Assembly: GCA_013359125.1 (NCBI GenBank)
Contig: JABWCR010000006.1
Span: 12,643 to 76,642 of the forward strand
Direction: 5' to 3'
From: Armatimonadota bacterium
Lineage (GTDB): Bacteria > Armatimonadota > Fimbriimonadia > Fimbriimonadales > GBS-DC
DNA length: 64,000 nucleotides
The notes under the pieces are model-generated. The model saw nothing but the letters and a program-made list of their open reading frames with translations, ran no database searches and had not been told where the DNA came from. Shown here one piece after another: positions 1-8,835 of this stretch. Every line of letters begins with the position of its first letter. The first letter of the stretch is position 1. Both the position numbers and the translations under genes were made by a program.

Positions 1-351
1 CCGGTGCCGGTCGAAATTCGGCTGTTCCGCAATCCGCTAGTATTTAGCAAGGGCGAGGAGATCGCTTCAGAGTCGATCGAGCCGCATAGTTCCGCCCAAG
101 CGCTCACCATGGTGCTTCAGTTTTTGAAGGACGAAGTACGGAGCCGAGCGATCGACGAGGGCCTGATACCGCGCTTCGATCCTCGTGCCGAAGAGCCTTT
201 TATAGGCGAACTGCCAGGCGACCAGCTGCTGGACCTCGCGACGAGCATTGCCCGGCTTGGAGGAAAGGTGCGAATCACAGCCAGAGCCGGCGACGACATC
301 CGTGCTGCCGATCCGCTCCGGCTCTCCTTTGAAGTCCGCCGAGAGCGCTAG
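1..351 (+). CDS. C-terminal fragment of an unidentified protein (open to the window edge)
   Basis: Frame 1 is open from base 1 to TAG at 349-351. No family recognised. Its end overlaps the stop of the convergent isomerase-like gene. Confidence 0.3.
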   Translation, partial: PVPVEIRLFRNPLVFSKGEEIASESIEPHSSAQALTMVLQFLKDEVRSRAIDEGLIPRFDPRAEEPFIGELPGDQLLDLATSIARLGGKVRITARAGDDIRAADPLRLSFEVRRER

Positions 352-1799
352 TCCAGCACGATCGGCTCGATTCCCAATTTCTCGCAGGCCGAGACAAGGG
401 CGCCTATGTGGTCGCCAATGATGGCGTGAATGTGGTTGCACGAGAAGTTTGCCGCCAAAGTATCTGGAGAGCAGTCGAATCGAGCGTAAGCGTGCGGCCA
501 TTCGTAAGTGGTCATTTTAGCCAAACGCTCGTCCTCTTCAAAGCCGAATCTCTCGAAACTCCCGCGAAGAAGGTGCATCCGGTGCGCTCCGCTCTTTCGT
601 GTGATTCGGCCAAAGGTAACCCTCTCTGCCGGGTCTGCGTAGAACTGCACGCTAGCGCCGCCGCATGGGAAGTACATCTCGTTGGAAGGATGCAGCCTCG
701 CTTCCTTCCAGTTCTCGCGCCAGTTGTCGCTTCGGTGGGCGAACCAAGGCGCGTGCTGGCCGGAGTTGACCAGATCGTAGACTCGCAGTTCCTCGTGATA
801 GTGCCTCAGATCGGCAAACAGTACGGGCGTCCTGCTGAGGAGCTTCATGATTTGCATGGTCAGAGCGCCGTTGGAGTCGCACTCGGTGGCGCAAACGATC
901 GGTTCTTTATCGCCCTCCTCCCAATCGGCCGTGTCGTTCAGCAGGGCTTCTGGCACGTCCATGGTGCAACCCTTGTCCCACTCCGTATAGTCTAATTGGC
1001 CGGTCAGACCGCAGAAGTCGAGGCCCTCGTCTCTGCAGAGGTCTTTCATTGCGAGGTAAACGCGCACTTGTCTGGCCAAATGGCCGTCCAAACCTCGTCT
1101 CAGGCGGTCGTCGTTCCAGAGGATCTCGCCGCACGAATCTTCAAGCCACTGGAGACCCGCTTCGACCCGGTCTGCCGAGACCTTCTCGGCCAGCCAGGCC
1201 AAGCGCAGCTGCGAGACGTGAAAGACATGAACGCCGAACTGTTCCATCCATTGGCTAGGGTCTAAGTGGCCTGTATACATGCCCATCGATGGACCGTCCA
1301 CGCATCCGTATCGCTGTCCGTACAGTTCTGCCGCGGCCTCTTCGCCTGCGATGCGTTCGTCAGGATCGTTGTCCCGCAAAAAGGCCCGAATGGACGCTTG
1401 TACCTTTGGATCGGCAACGTCGCCTAAGGCACGACCGAATCGCCTCCCCATTTCGTCCAGGGCGCCGGCCGAAGCGAAAAAGGCCACCCAGCCGGGATAG
1501 GCCGGGTTGATGTTGCCCATGCAGAGGATGGGGGCGTCGATGAGCGCGGCGGCTTGAGCCGTAAAATCGGGATAAGACCAGACGCAGAAGTTGAAGATGA
1601 CCGCATCGCAATCGGCCATGCGGTCCGCCTCGTTTCGCGCGGTCGCAAAGTTCCAAACGACCTCTTCGGCCTCTTCAACGTCATGGCCTTCTTGCGCCAA
1701 CCATCCTGATATCCGGCGCTGAAACCGAAAGCAGTCTTCGCGCAGTCGGTCGGCGACTCGTTTGCGTCCGTCGGTAAAGGTGATGATCCCAACTTTCAT
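348..1799 (-). CDS. L-fucose/L-arabinose isomerase-family sugar isomerase-like protein
   Basis: 483-aa ORF with ATG at 1799-1797. Overall resemblance to FucI/AraA-like isomerases (COG2407 type), judged from the translation only. Confidence 0.65.
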   Translation of the reverse strand: MKVGIITFTDGRKRVADRLREDCFRFQRRISGWLAQEGHDVEEAEEVVWNFATARNEADRMADCDAVIFNFCVWSYPDFTAQAAALIDAPILCMGNINPAYPGWVAFFASAGALDEMGRRFGRALGDVADPKVQASIRAFLRDNDPDERIAGEEAAAELYGQRYGCVDGPSMGMYTGHLDPSQWMEQFGVHVFHVSQLRLAWLAEKVSADRVEAGLQWLEDSCGEILWNDDRLRRGLDGHLARQVRVYLAMKDLCRDEGLDFCGLTGQLDYTEWDKGCTMDVPEALLNDTADWEEGDKEPIVCATECDSNGALTMQIMKLLSRTPVLFADLRHYHEELRVYDLVNSGQHAPWFAHRSDNWRENWKEARLHPSNEMYFPCGGASVQFYADPAERVTFGRITRKSGAHRMHLLRGSFERFGFEEDERLAKMTTYEWPHAYARFDCSPDTLAANFSCNHIHAIIGDHIGALVSACEKLGIEPIVLD

Positions 1800-1890
1800 A
1801 CCGATACCTTCTATCGAGGCACCCCCGAATCCTGCGATTCGAAACCCCGAGGTCGGGAATTGTGTAGACTGGTCGGTTAGGAGGCCATTG

Positions 1891-2955
1891 ATGAAAGCGA
1901 TATGGGCGAGTTTGGCGATAGCGATAGCATTTGCAACGGTGGGACAGGAGCCTGCTCAGAAGAAAGGCGTACAGGGATTTGAGAACTCGGACGAGGGATG
2001 GATTATTTTGCCCGGCGCCGACGGCAAGGCGGAGCGCACGAGCAACCCGAACGATGTGAAATCTGGCGAACGGGCGTTGGTTTACACGTATGTAACGGGC
2101 AGCGGCAAGCTCCACGCCATAGTCAACCCGACGGTAGAGTATTACGCGCAGGGCTTTCGGTTTTGGTACAAGACCGACCGACCGACCATTCTGGCGTTCA
2201 TGCTCTCCGAACAGGGCGACGAGCGCTGGGTGGTCTCGCTCTGGTCGTCGGGCAATCAGTGGCAGCAGGCGACCCTTGCGCTGTCCGACTTTGAACTGGC
2301 AGAGGATGCGACCATCGTCAACAGCAAGATCGACATGGAGAAGATGGAGGGCATGGGCTTTGTCGACCTTTACAGCATTCTGGCGGGAAACAGCGACCTG
2401 GGGATGCTCTTAGGCACCATGCCGGGAACGCACATGCTGTGGCTGGACGATTTTGAGAGCCTTGAGAAGGCGCCCGCGCGCGCGGCACGGGCCGAACGGA
2501 TCATAGACGACTTCAAGCGAGACTACTTATCGTGGGGCGGGACGGCGAACGTAGCTCTGAGCAAAGTCGGCGAGGGGATGGAAGTTCGATATCGCCAGGA
2601 GAATCAGGGTCTGTTCGCGGTGTTTCACGGCTTGACGCCCAAGCGCGCCGCTGGATCGAAAGGCGTTTCGGTCAAGATCAAGATCCGAGCTGCGACCACG
2701 ATGGCGCTGACCGTGGAAGAGACCGATGGCGAGCGGTGGGCAATGACCAAGGACATAGGTGGCGAATCGGGCTTTACAACTTGGGAAGTCCAGTGGTCCG
2801 AGATGACCATCACCGACGACACCAAGGGCAAAGGCGACGGCAAGTTCGATGCGTCGAAAGTCAAGATGATCTCTTTGCTCGATCTGGGCGCGCTGCTCGA
2901 TACGGCCGAACCGGCCAATAGTTGGACGATCGGCGAGGTCGGCCTGATCAAATAG
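1891..2955 (+). CDS. secreted protein with two beta-sandwich (CBM/CIA30-like) halves
   Basis: AGGAGG at 1879-1884, 6 nt before ATG 1891. Signal peptide MKAIWASLAIAIAFATVGQ. Two similar ~150-aa halves. The track ORF from 1762 overlaps the divergent upstream gene and is probably too long. Confidence 0.55.
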   Translation: MKAIWASLAIAIAFATVGQEPAQKKGVQGFENSDEGWIILPGADGKAERTSNPNDVKSGERALVYTYVTGSGKLHAIVNPTVEYYAQGFRFWYKTDRPTILAFMLSEQGDERWVVSLWSSGNQWQQATLALSDFELAEDATIVNSKIDMEKMEGMGFVDLYSILAGNSDLGMLLGTMPGTHMLWLDDFESLEKAPARAARAERIIDDFKRDYLSWGGTANVALSKVGEGMEVRYRQENQGLFAVFHGLTPKRAAGSKGVSVKIKIRAATTMALTVEETDGERWAMTKDIGGESGFTTWEVQWSEMTITDDTKGKGDGKFDASKVKMISLLDLGALLDTAEPANSWTIGEVGLIK

Positions 2956-3550
2956 GCTTGGTCGGCTCTAACAGCGCGATCAGCGCTTGTTCGGCTTCCC
3001 TGGGCTTAAACCCCGCAGGCCCAGGGGCGCCCTTATAGACGATCTTGCCCGTTTTGTCGATCACGTAGATTCGGTCGGGCCATCCGGCGTAGGCTTTCTC
3101 AACGGCATCGTCTATGCCGTCCACGACGACCGGGAAATCGAGTTTGAGTTTAGCGGCGCAAGTATCGGCGACCTCGTTTCGCTCCGTAAGGCTCCTTGGA
3201 GTTCTGACAATGACGCCTTGCGTTTCGTTCTGAGGAACTTGCCAACCGTCCGACGGATGCGCCTCGCGCACGTAGACCAATCGCACGTCGGCTCGATCTT
3301 TGTAGTCTCGAAAGATTCGATTGAGCGCCCCGACCTGGGCGCGAAACGGCGGTCAGGTGTAGCTTCCAAAGATCAGAAAAGTCGGCCGCTTGCCAAAATT
3401 GTCGGAAAGTTTGAACTCCTTGTCCGAGTTCAGAACTTTGAGAGTGAAATCTGGCGCTTTGTCGCCCACCTTGAGCGCTCCCTGCTGGGGGCGATCGCGC
3501 TGTGCCTGAAGAGCCAGCAGCGTCGCCAATACGAGAATGAGCGCTTTCAT
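2948..3550 (-). CDS. secreted iodothyronine-deiodinase-like thioredoxin-fold selenoprotein (in-frame UGA = Sec at 3355-3353)
   Basis: Track ORFs 3353-3745 and 2948-3286 share one frame, separated only by TGA. Read-through gives LIFGSYT-U-PPF ... VYVREAHPSDGW ... RIYVIDKTGKIVYKGAPGPAGF. Signal peptide MKALILVLATLLALQAQ. The ATG at 3550 overlaps the lgt stop (ATGA). Confidence 0.7.
3325..3342 (-). promoter_or_regulatory. candidate bacterial SECIS hairpin
   Basis: RNA GCGCCC-AGGUCG-GGGCGC (6-bp GC stem, 6-nt loop containing GGUC) begins 10 nt after the UGA. Confidence 0.5.
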
Positions 3551-4335
3551 GATTGCTTGGACGGCTCGACGGCGGATTTGTTCAATGATGAGCGCCAGAG
3601 ATAGAGCGCAAGGCCAAAGGCGAGGGCGCCGATCGCGGCCAGATGTCCGAAGGTGAACGGTTCGACCCAATACTTTGAGGTTGCGCCCGCGCGGAAGAAT
3701 TCGTTGACGAATCGATAAGCGCCATAGAGCATGAGAAATTGGCAAAAGGTCTGGCCAGTGAAACGCTTTCTCTTTTCCAGCAACAGTAGCGCTGCGAAGA
3801 TGCCCAGACCGAATAGAAAGGAGTAGATTTGCGTCGGATGGCTAGGCTCTGTCATAACGCCGGGTCGGTCTTCCATTGGAAAGGTCAGGCCCCAGGGCAC
3901 GCCGGTCGGGCAGCCGTAGCAACAGCCGGCCAACAGGCATCCCAGCCGTGCGATGGCGTAGGCGAGGGCGAGCGAAGGGGCAAAGCAATCGGCCGCGGGC
4001 CAGAAGGACATCTTTTTGGCCCGCATGCAGAGATAGACGCCTAGGCTGCCGCCGACCAGGCCGCCAAAGAAACCCAGCCCGCCTTGCCATATGGCGAAAA
4101 CCTCCAACCAATTGTCGCGAAACTCGCGCCAGTTCATGGCGACGTAGACGATTCTCGCGCCGACAACGCCTCCAAATACGCCCGCCAATGCGCTGTCGAT
4201 GGCGTTTTCGGGCTTCATGCCAAAGCGGGGCGCTCTGCGGGCTGCGATCAACACGGCGACGATAATGCCGACCACCCACATCAGGCCGTAGCCTCGGACG
4301 ACGAACGGGCCGACCGAGAAGATTTCGGGCATCAT
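3547..4335 (-). CDS. lgt: prolipoprotein diacylglyceryl transferase
   Basis: 262 aa from ATG 4335 (ATGA overlap with the lspA stop). Polytopic membrane protein with the Lgt-type Gly-rich block WQGGLGFFGGLVGG. The track ORF extension to 4542 lies inside lspA. Confidence 0.9.
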   Translation of the reverse strand: MMPEIFSVGPFVVRGYGLMWVVGIIVAVLIAARRAPRFGMKPENAIDSALAGVFGGVVGARIVYVAMNWREFRDNWLEVFAIWQGGLGFFGGLVGGSLGVYLCMRAKKMSFWPAADCFAPSLALAYAIARLGCLLAGCCYGCPTGVPWGLTFPMEDRPGVMTEPSHPTQIYSFLFGLGIFAALLLLEKRKRFTGQTFCQFLMLYGAYRFVNEFFRAGATSKYWVEPFTFGHLAAIGALAFGLALYLWRSSLNKSAVEPSKQS

Positions 4336-4799
4336 GAGGCGGCCTCTCTCTTTATCGCGCGCGAGACTTTTAGAGTCATGACGACGTATAGGATTACGGC
4401 AGCGTTGATACTGATATCCGCGATGTTGAAGACAGGCCAAACCCGAAAGTCGAACATATCGACGACGTAGCCGCGAAAGATGCGATCGACCATGTTGGCC
4501 AACGCTCCGCCCGTCAGCAACCCGAGCGCGACCTGCCCCCACTTTGGCGTTTGGGGATGGCGGATCAGGTAGAACACGACCGCCAGCACGATAGCGACCG
4601 CGAGAGGAATCGTCAGCCAGCCTCGGTCTTGCAAGAGGCCAAACGCAATGCCGGTGTTGTGCGTCAGCGTAAGGTGAAAGACGCCATTGATGATCGGTCT
4701 GCTTTCGCCCAAGACTAGATTTGAAACGGTGAGCACTTTGACCGCCTGATCGACCGCGACGGCGCCGAGGAGCGTCGTCCAGAAGTAAAACGCCTTCAC
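4332..4799 (-). CDS. lspA: lipoprotein signal peptidase II
   Basis: 155 aa, GTG start in a GTGA overlap with the radC stop. Four TM segments. Motifs HNTGIAFG and FNIADISI. Confidence 0.9.
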   Translation of the reverse strand: MKAFYFWTTLLGAVAVDQAVKVLTVSNLVLGESRPIINGVFHLTLTHNTGIAFGLLQDRGWLTIPLAVAIVLAVVFYLIRHPQTPKWGQVALGLLTGGALANMVDRIFRGYVVDMFDFRVWPVFNIADISINAAVILYVVMTLKVSRAIKREAAS

Positions 4800-5494
4800 A
4801 TTAAGCCTTGGCGATGCAGGCTGACATATCGGCCTTCCCCGATGATCACGTGGTCCAAAACGGGGATGTCCAACGTCTCGCCCGCTTTCTTGAGTTCTTT
4901 GGTCGTTTCCAGGTCTTCCTTGCTGGGCGCAGGGTCGCCGCTCGGATGATTGTGGGCCACTATGATGCTCTTGGCTCCTTCGCGCACTGCCAGTTTGAAC
5001 ACCTCTCGAGCATGGGCGAGGCTAGCGTCCAGGAGGCCTTTTGTTACGTCTTCCTGAGCAAAGACTCGGTTCTTGACGTCCAAAAGCAGGACGATGAATC
5101 GCTCTTGCTTTTCGTCTTTGACGCGATGGCACAGAAGGTTGTAAACGTCTTCCGGCGAGTCGATTTGAGGATTTTCGCCAAGGCTCTCTAGGGCTACTCG
5201 CTTGCCCAATTCCATCGCAGCCTTAATCTGGACAGCCTTAGAAAAGCCCAATCCCTTGATCTTGCCCAACTCGGTAAGGCTGGCGGCGCCGATGCCGCGG
5301 AGCGATTTGAACTGAGAAATGAGGGTGCGACCTAAATCTATTGCCGAAGCGCCTTGCGAGCCGACCCTCAAGATAATCGCCAACAGCTCGGCGTTGCTCA
5401 GGTGCTCCGGGCCGTACGCAGCAAGACGCTCGCGCGGTCGCTCGGATGCGGGCATCTCTCGTATGGTGTAGAAGGTCTTGACGTTCTCCCCCAT
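4796..5494 (-). CDS. radC: RadC-family JAB/MPN-domain protein
   Basis: 232 aa from ATG 5494. N-terminal HhH-like region and C-terminal JAMM motif VAHNHPSGDPAPS. The 630-aa track ORF is an Arg-rich artefactual extension overlapping the GT39 gene. Confidence 0.85.
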   Translation of the reverse strand: MGENVKTFYTIREMPASERPRERLAAYGPEHLSNAELLAIILRVGSQGASAIDLGRTLISQFKSLRGIGAASLTELGKIKGLGFSKAVQIKAAMELGKRVALESLGENPQIDSPEDVYNLLCHRVKDEKQERFIVLLLDVKNRVFAQEDVTKGLLDASLAHAREVFKLAVREGAKSIIVAHNHPSGDPAPSKEDLETTKELKKAGETLDIPVLDHVIIGEGRYVSLHRQGLM

Positions 5495-5514
5495 CGGGTC
5501 GATTCTACCAGACG

Positions 5515-6972
5515 CTACTGTACCGGGCCATAGAGCGCATACTCGCCTCCTTCGCGAACAAGAGGCGCGACGATTTGGGGTTTGCGACCCTTGGTGAGGC
5601 AGTAACCGCCGTTGTTTAGGAGCGCCAACGCCTCTTCCAAAGTCTCGCAGGGAACGGCTCGGCCCGATACATAGAAATCGAGACTTGGAAGGCCCGGCTT
5701 CACGTCGAACACTCCGAGCTCTGCGGCAGGCGGAACGAAGCGGGCCAACTCTCTGGGAGCGGCCAGAAATCGGGCATCGTAGGCTGTTAATCCGACATGG
5801 AAACCGAAGCCAGCGATTGCGAGCATCACGGTTGCTGTCGCCGTTCGAGAAATTGCGAATCGGACGTATGGAAGCGCCGCCAGAAGCGCAATCCACGGCG
5901 ACTGAAGGAAAACAGCCAGGCCGACAGAGAGAAAGACCCAAAGCAGTCCCATGGCCAATTGTCCATAAACTGCCACATCGGATGAGAATCGAGCGTTTCG
6001 CGCCAAACAAGCCCCGATCAAGAGCGCGAGGGCCGGCGTCGTTGGCAAGATGTAATGAGGCAGTTTGGTGCCGCTTATGGTGAAGAGCGCGAAGACGATG
6101 AGCGCCCATCGCCACAGGAACTGTTCGACCGGGTTTGACGGCTGTCGCCACAAGGCGCCCAGTTTGTCCGCCCAGGGCGCCATTCCGAGAAGAAGGACGA
6201 CCGGGTAGAACGGCAGGCCGACCAAGAAATTGGGCGGCGCATGCGCCTTGTCGCCCCCTGCCAAACGGGACAGATTTTGTTTGACGATGAACTCGTTGAA
6301 GAAGTCTCCTCCGTGTTGCGCGTAGACGGCGAAATACCAAGGCGCCGCGGTCGCGATCGCTGTTAGGAGGGCGGCGATCGCGTATCGAAATTGGAATCCG
6401 TTGGATCGGAGCAACGGCAGCGAGGCTAAAATCAAAACGCCGATCAGAAAGAGCGCCATTGGGCCTTTCATCAAGGTCGCGGCGCCCGTTGCAATTCCCA
6501 AGGGAACGCACCAAAACGGGTTCTTGGCGGTCTCCCATAGCGATATCAGCCCTATCAGAAAAAAAAGGACGAGCGCCATGTCGGTCAGCGCCAGACGACC
6601 TAAGACGAAGACCAGAGGCGAGGACAAGAACACGAGGGCGGCGAACTGCCCCGCGCCGGGCGAGAGTCGCCTTTCGCCCCAGGCCCAAAGAAGTATCGCA
6701 ATGAGGCCAAAGGACAGGATAGAGGGCAATCTTGCGGCGGCTTCGGACGCTCCGAGCAACTTGATGCTAACGGCCATCAACCAATAAAGACCCGCAGGCT
6801 TTTCAAACCAGGGCTCGCCATAGAGCCTGGGCGTTATCCAATCGCCGGACCTCGCCATGGCGGCCGATACGGAGGCATAAAACCCTTCGTCAAGGTCGGT
6901 CAGGCCGAACGATGCCGCGTCCCAAAGGGCAAAACCGAGCGCAACCGCGAGCAGGGCGGCCAGTCGGCTCAA
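5515..6972 (-). CDS. GT39/GT83-type (ArnT/PMT-like) membrane glycosyltransferase
   Basis: 485 aa, TTG start in a TTGA overlap with the upstream stop. Many TM helices. First-loop DLDEGFY (DE motif) and EKPAGLYW are typical of ArnT/PMT-family enzymes. Confidence 0.8.
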   Translation of the reverse strand: MSRLAALLAVALGFALWDAASFGLTDLDEGFYASVSAAMARSGDWITPRLYGEPWFEKPAGLYWLMAVSIKLLGASEAAARLPSILSFGLIAILLWAWGERRLSPGAGQFAALVFLSSPLVFVLGRLALTDMALVLFFLIGLISLWETAKNPFWCVPLGIATGAATLMKGPMALFLIGVLILASLPLLRSNGFQFRYAIAALLTAIATAAPWYFAVYAQHGGDFFNEFIVKQNLSRLAGGDKAHAPPNFLVGLPFYPVVLLLGMAPWADKLGALWRQPSNPVEQFLWRWALIVFALFTISGTKLPHYILPTTPALALLIGACLARNARFSSDVAVYGQLAMGLLWVFLSVGLAVFLQSPWIALLAALPYVRFAISRTATATVMLAIAGFGFHVGLTAYDARFLAAPRELARFVPPAAELGVFDVKPGLPSLDFYVSGRAVPCETLEEALALLNNGGYCLTKGRKPQIVAPLVREGGEYALYGPVQ

Positions 6973-7343
6973 CGGTACCAGCCCTGCTCGATCTCTTGAA
7001 GCTGAGCCTCGGTCATGCCAAAATGGTGGCCGATCTCGTGCAAGAGCGTTTCTCTGATTTGGCGTCGGACCTCAGTGCGCGTTCGGCAGATTCTTTGGAT
7101 GTTGAGTTGATAGAGGTAGATGTGCGCGGGGTAGGGCATCGGGTCGAAGACGGACTGGCTAGTCCTGGGCGCGCCGACATAGAGGCCGAGCAAGGTCTTT
7201 TTTCGATGTCGTCCGGCCTCTTCGCCCGGTTCGTCCTCCACAACGATCGTAACGTTGTGGAGCTTCTGGCGAAACTCGCGAGGAATCTTGCGGTACTCCC
7301 ACCTGGCCCACTGTTCGAACTCCTCGCGAGAGACCTCAACCAT
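6969..7343 (-). CDS. small zincin-like metallopeptidase (DUF1025/Zincin_1-like)
   Basis: 124 aa with the HEIGHHFG zinc-binding motif near the C-terminus. Starts 3 nt after the PafA-like stop. Confidence 0.7.
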   Translation of the reverse strand: MVEVSREEFEQWARWEYRKIPREFRQKLHNVTIVVEDEPGEEAGRHRKKTLLGLYVGAPRTSQSVFDPMPYPAHIYLYQLNIQRICRTRTEVRRQIRETLLHEIGHHFGMTEAQLQEIEQGWYR

Positions 7344-7346
7344 GCG

Positions 7347-8822
7347 TTAGAGCCATGTCAAGAAGCGCGAGACTTCCTTTGAGTACGATCCGAACGGATC
7401 GCGCAGGTCGATCTGGCGCATACGGTCGACATAGACCATGTCCCAATCAACATAGTACTTGGACGGACGGGATTCGCAGAGTTTCTTGACGATCGTCGCT
7501 CGAGCGCCTGCTCGGGTGTTGGTCGGCGCCTGTTCTGTAGCGGTCTCGATCCGCTCGTCAGTCACTACTCGCTTGACGGCGCCCATCTCTTCTAAAGCAT
7601 GGTAAAGGCCCTGATCGGGATTGATATTGTGGTACTCGAGATCGATGCTGTGGAGCGAATCGTCGTCCCAATCGACGCCCGCATCTTCCATATACTCCCG
7701 AAGAATGTTCTGTTTGATGACCCAATCGATACGATCGTCTAACTGTTCCGGATCGGTCTCCAACAGGTTGAGCACATAATCCCATTCGGTCAGCACCCAA
7801 TCGGTCTCTGCGTCCCGACCGGCGAAGCGCTTTTGCGCCAATGCCAGGTAGGCGCGCTGAAGATCGATGGCCGAGATGGAGTCGCCATCGATCAAGTGCA
7901 CGATCCATTTCCGCGTTTCGTCGCGCGATATGTGCCGCATGGCGTTCAGCGGGTCTTGAATGCGCAGGTAGCTGGGCAATGCGCGCGCCTCCATCAAATC
8001 GAGTACCAGGCAGGTTGCGCCAATCTTGAGCGCGAACGCGTACTCGCTCATATTGCCTTCGCCATACAGAAGGTGCAGCCGCTGGTAGTTGCTGGAGCCA
8101 TAGACGCTGTCCCACTTTGGGTTGATGATGGCCCGATTGAAGCGCACGCGGGAGGCGGTAACGCGAACGATGTGATCGGCTCGCTGGGAGAGTTGGAACT
8201 TGACCGTCGGATCCGGCAACACGTTGTAGACTTGCGAGACCCAGATAAAGTCTATCGGATGCTGCGCCATGTCTCGCAGGGAGGGCAATGTGTTGGAGTG
8301 CTCCAGAATGTGGCCGCCCACTCGCCCGGACCCGCCGTATATCTGCCGCGTGATCAAGAAGGGCAGGATCAGGTTAAACGCATCGGCCGGATACCGCTCG
8401 TCAGCACGAATCAAGTAGTTCTCGTGACAGCCGAACGTATGTCCGCCAAAGTGATCGACGTTGTTGTTGTAGAAGGAGACTTTATCGTCCCATCCCATTT
8501 CCCGAAGGATGTTCACAATGATCCTTTGTCCCGCCTTTTCGTGCGCGACCAAGTCGAACAGGCTGGCGCACTCGGCGGTTGCGAACTCGAGGTGGCTTCC
8601 GACCGCGTCGATGTAGAGGCGCGATCCGTTTTTTAGGAATCCGCCGCTTCGGGCGGGCTCGAACGCTTCGTCTCGGGCGGTCAGGTCGATCAGGCCCAAT
8701 CCGGCTTTGTAGAATGCGTGGTTTTTGACTGCTTCGACGACGGTTTCGGCGCCCCCGAGGGAATCGTCCCGAATCAGGCAGCCAAACTCGGTCTCGATGC
8801 CGAACACGCGTCGGCCGAGCAT
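7347..8822 (-). CDS. pafA: Pup-ligase-family protein, PafA-like (modifier ligase)
   Basis: N-terminus MLGRRVFGIETEFG, then RLYIDAVGSHLEFATAEC and GCHENYL blocks as in PafA. Occupies the position after prcA. An alternative ATG at 8870 would overlap prcA by 35 nt. Confidence 0.8.
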   Translation of the reverse strand: MLGRRVFGIETEFGCLIRDDSLGGAETVVEAVKNHAFYKAGLGLIDLTARDEAFEPARSGGFLKNGSRLYIDAVGSHLEFATAECASLFDLVAHEKAGQRIIVNILREMGWDDKVSFYNNNVDHFGGHTFGCHENYLIRADERYPADAFNLILPFLITRQIYGGSGRVGGHILEHSNTLPSLRDMAQHPIDFIWVSQVYNVLPDPTVKFQLSQRADHIVRVTASRVRFNRAIINPKWDSVYGSSNYQRLHLLYGEGNMSEYAFALKIGATCLVLDLMEARALPSYLRIQDPLNAMRHISRDETRKWIVHLIDGDSISAIDLQRAYLALAQKRFAGRDAETDWVLTEWDYVLNLLETDPEQLDDRIDWVIKQNILREYMEDAGVDWDDDSLHSIDLEYHNINPDQGLYHALEEMGAVKRVVTDERIETATEQAPTNTRAGARATIVKKLCESRPSKYYVDWDMVYVDRMRQIDLRDPFGSYSKEVSRFLTWL

Positions 8823-8835
8823 GGATTCGCCGCTC

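Noticed and set aside
6559-6566. A8/T8 homopolymer inside the GT39 gene as a phase-variation switch
   Set aside because: It is unusual in this GC-rich context, but it simply encodes Phe-Phe in a TM helix and is short for efficient slippage. There is no evidence of variability from a single sequence.
4796-6688. 630-aa track ORF suggesting a very large RadC fusion protein
   Set aside because: Only the last 232 aa (from ATG 5494) look like protein. The upstream ~400 aa are Arg/Pro/Gly-rich and lie in an alternate frame of the well-supported GT39 gene (5515-6972).
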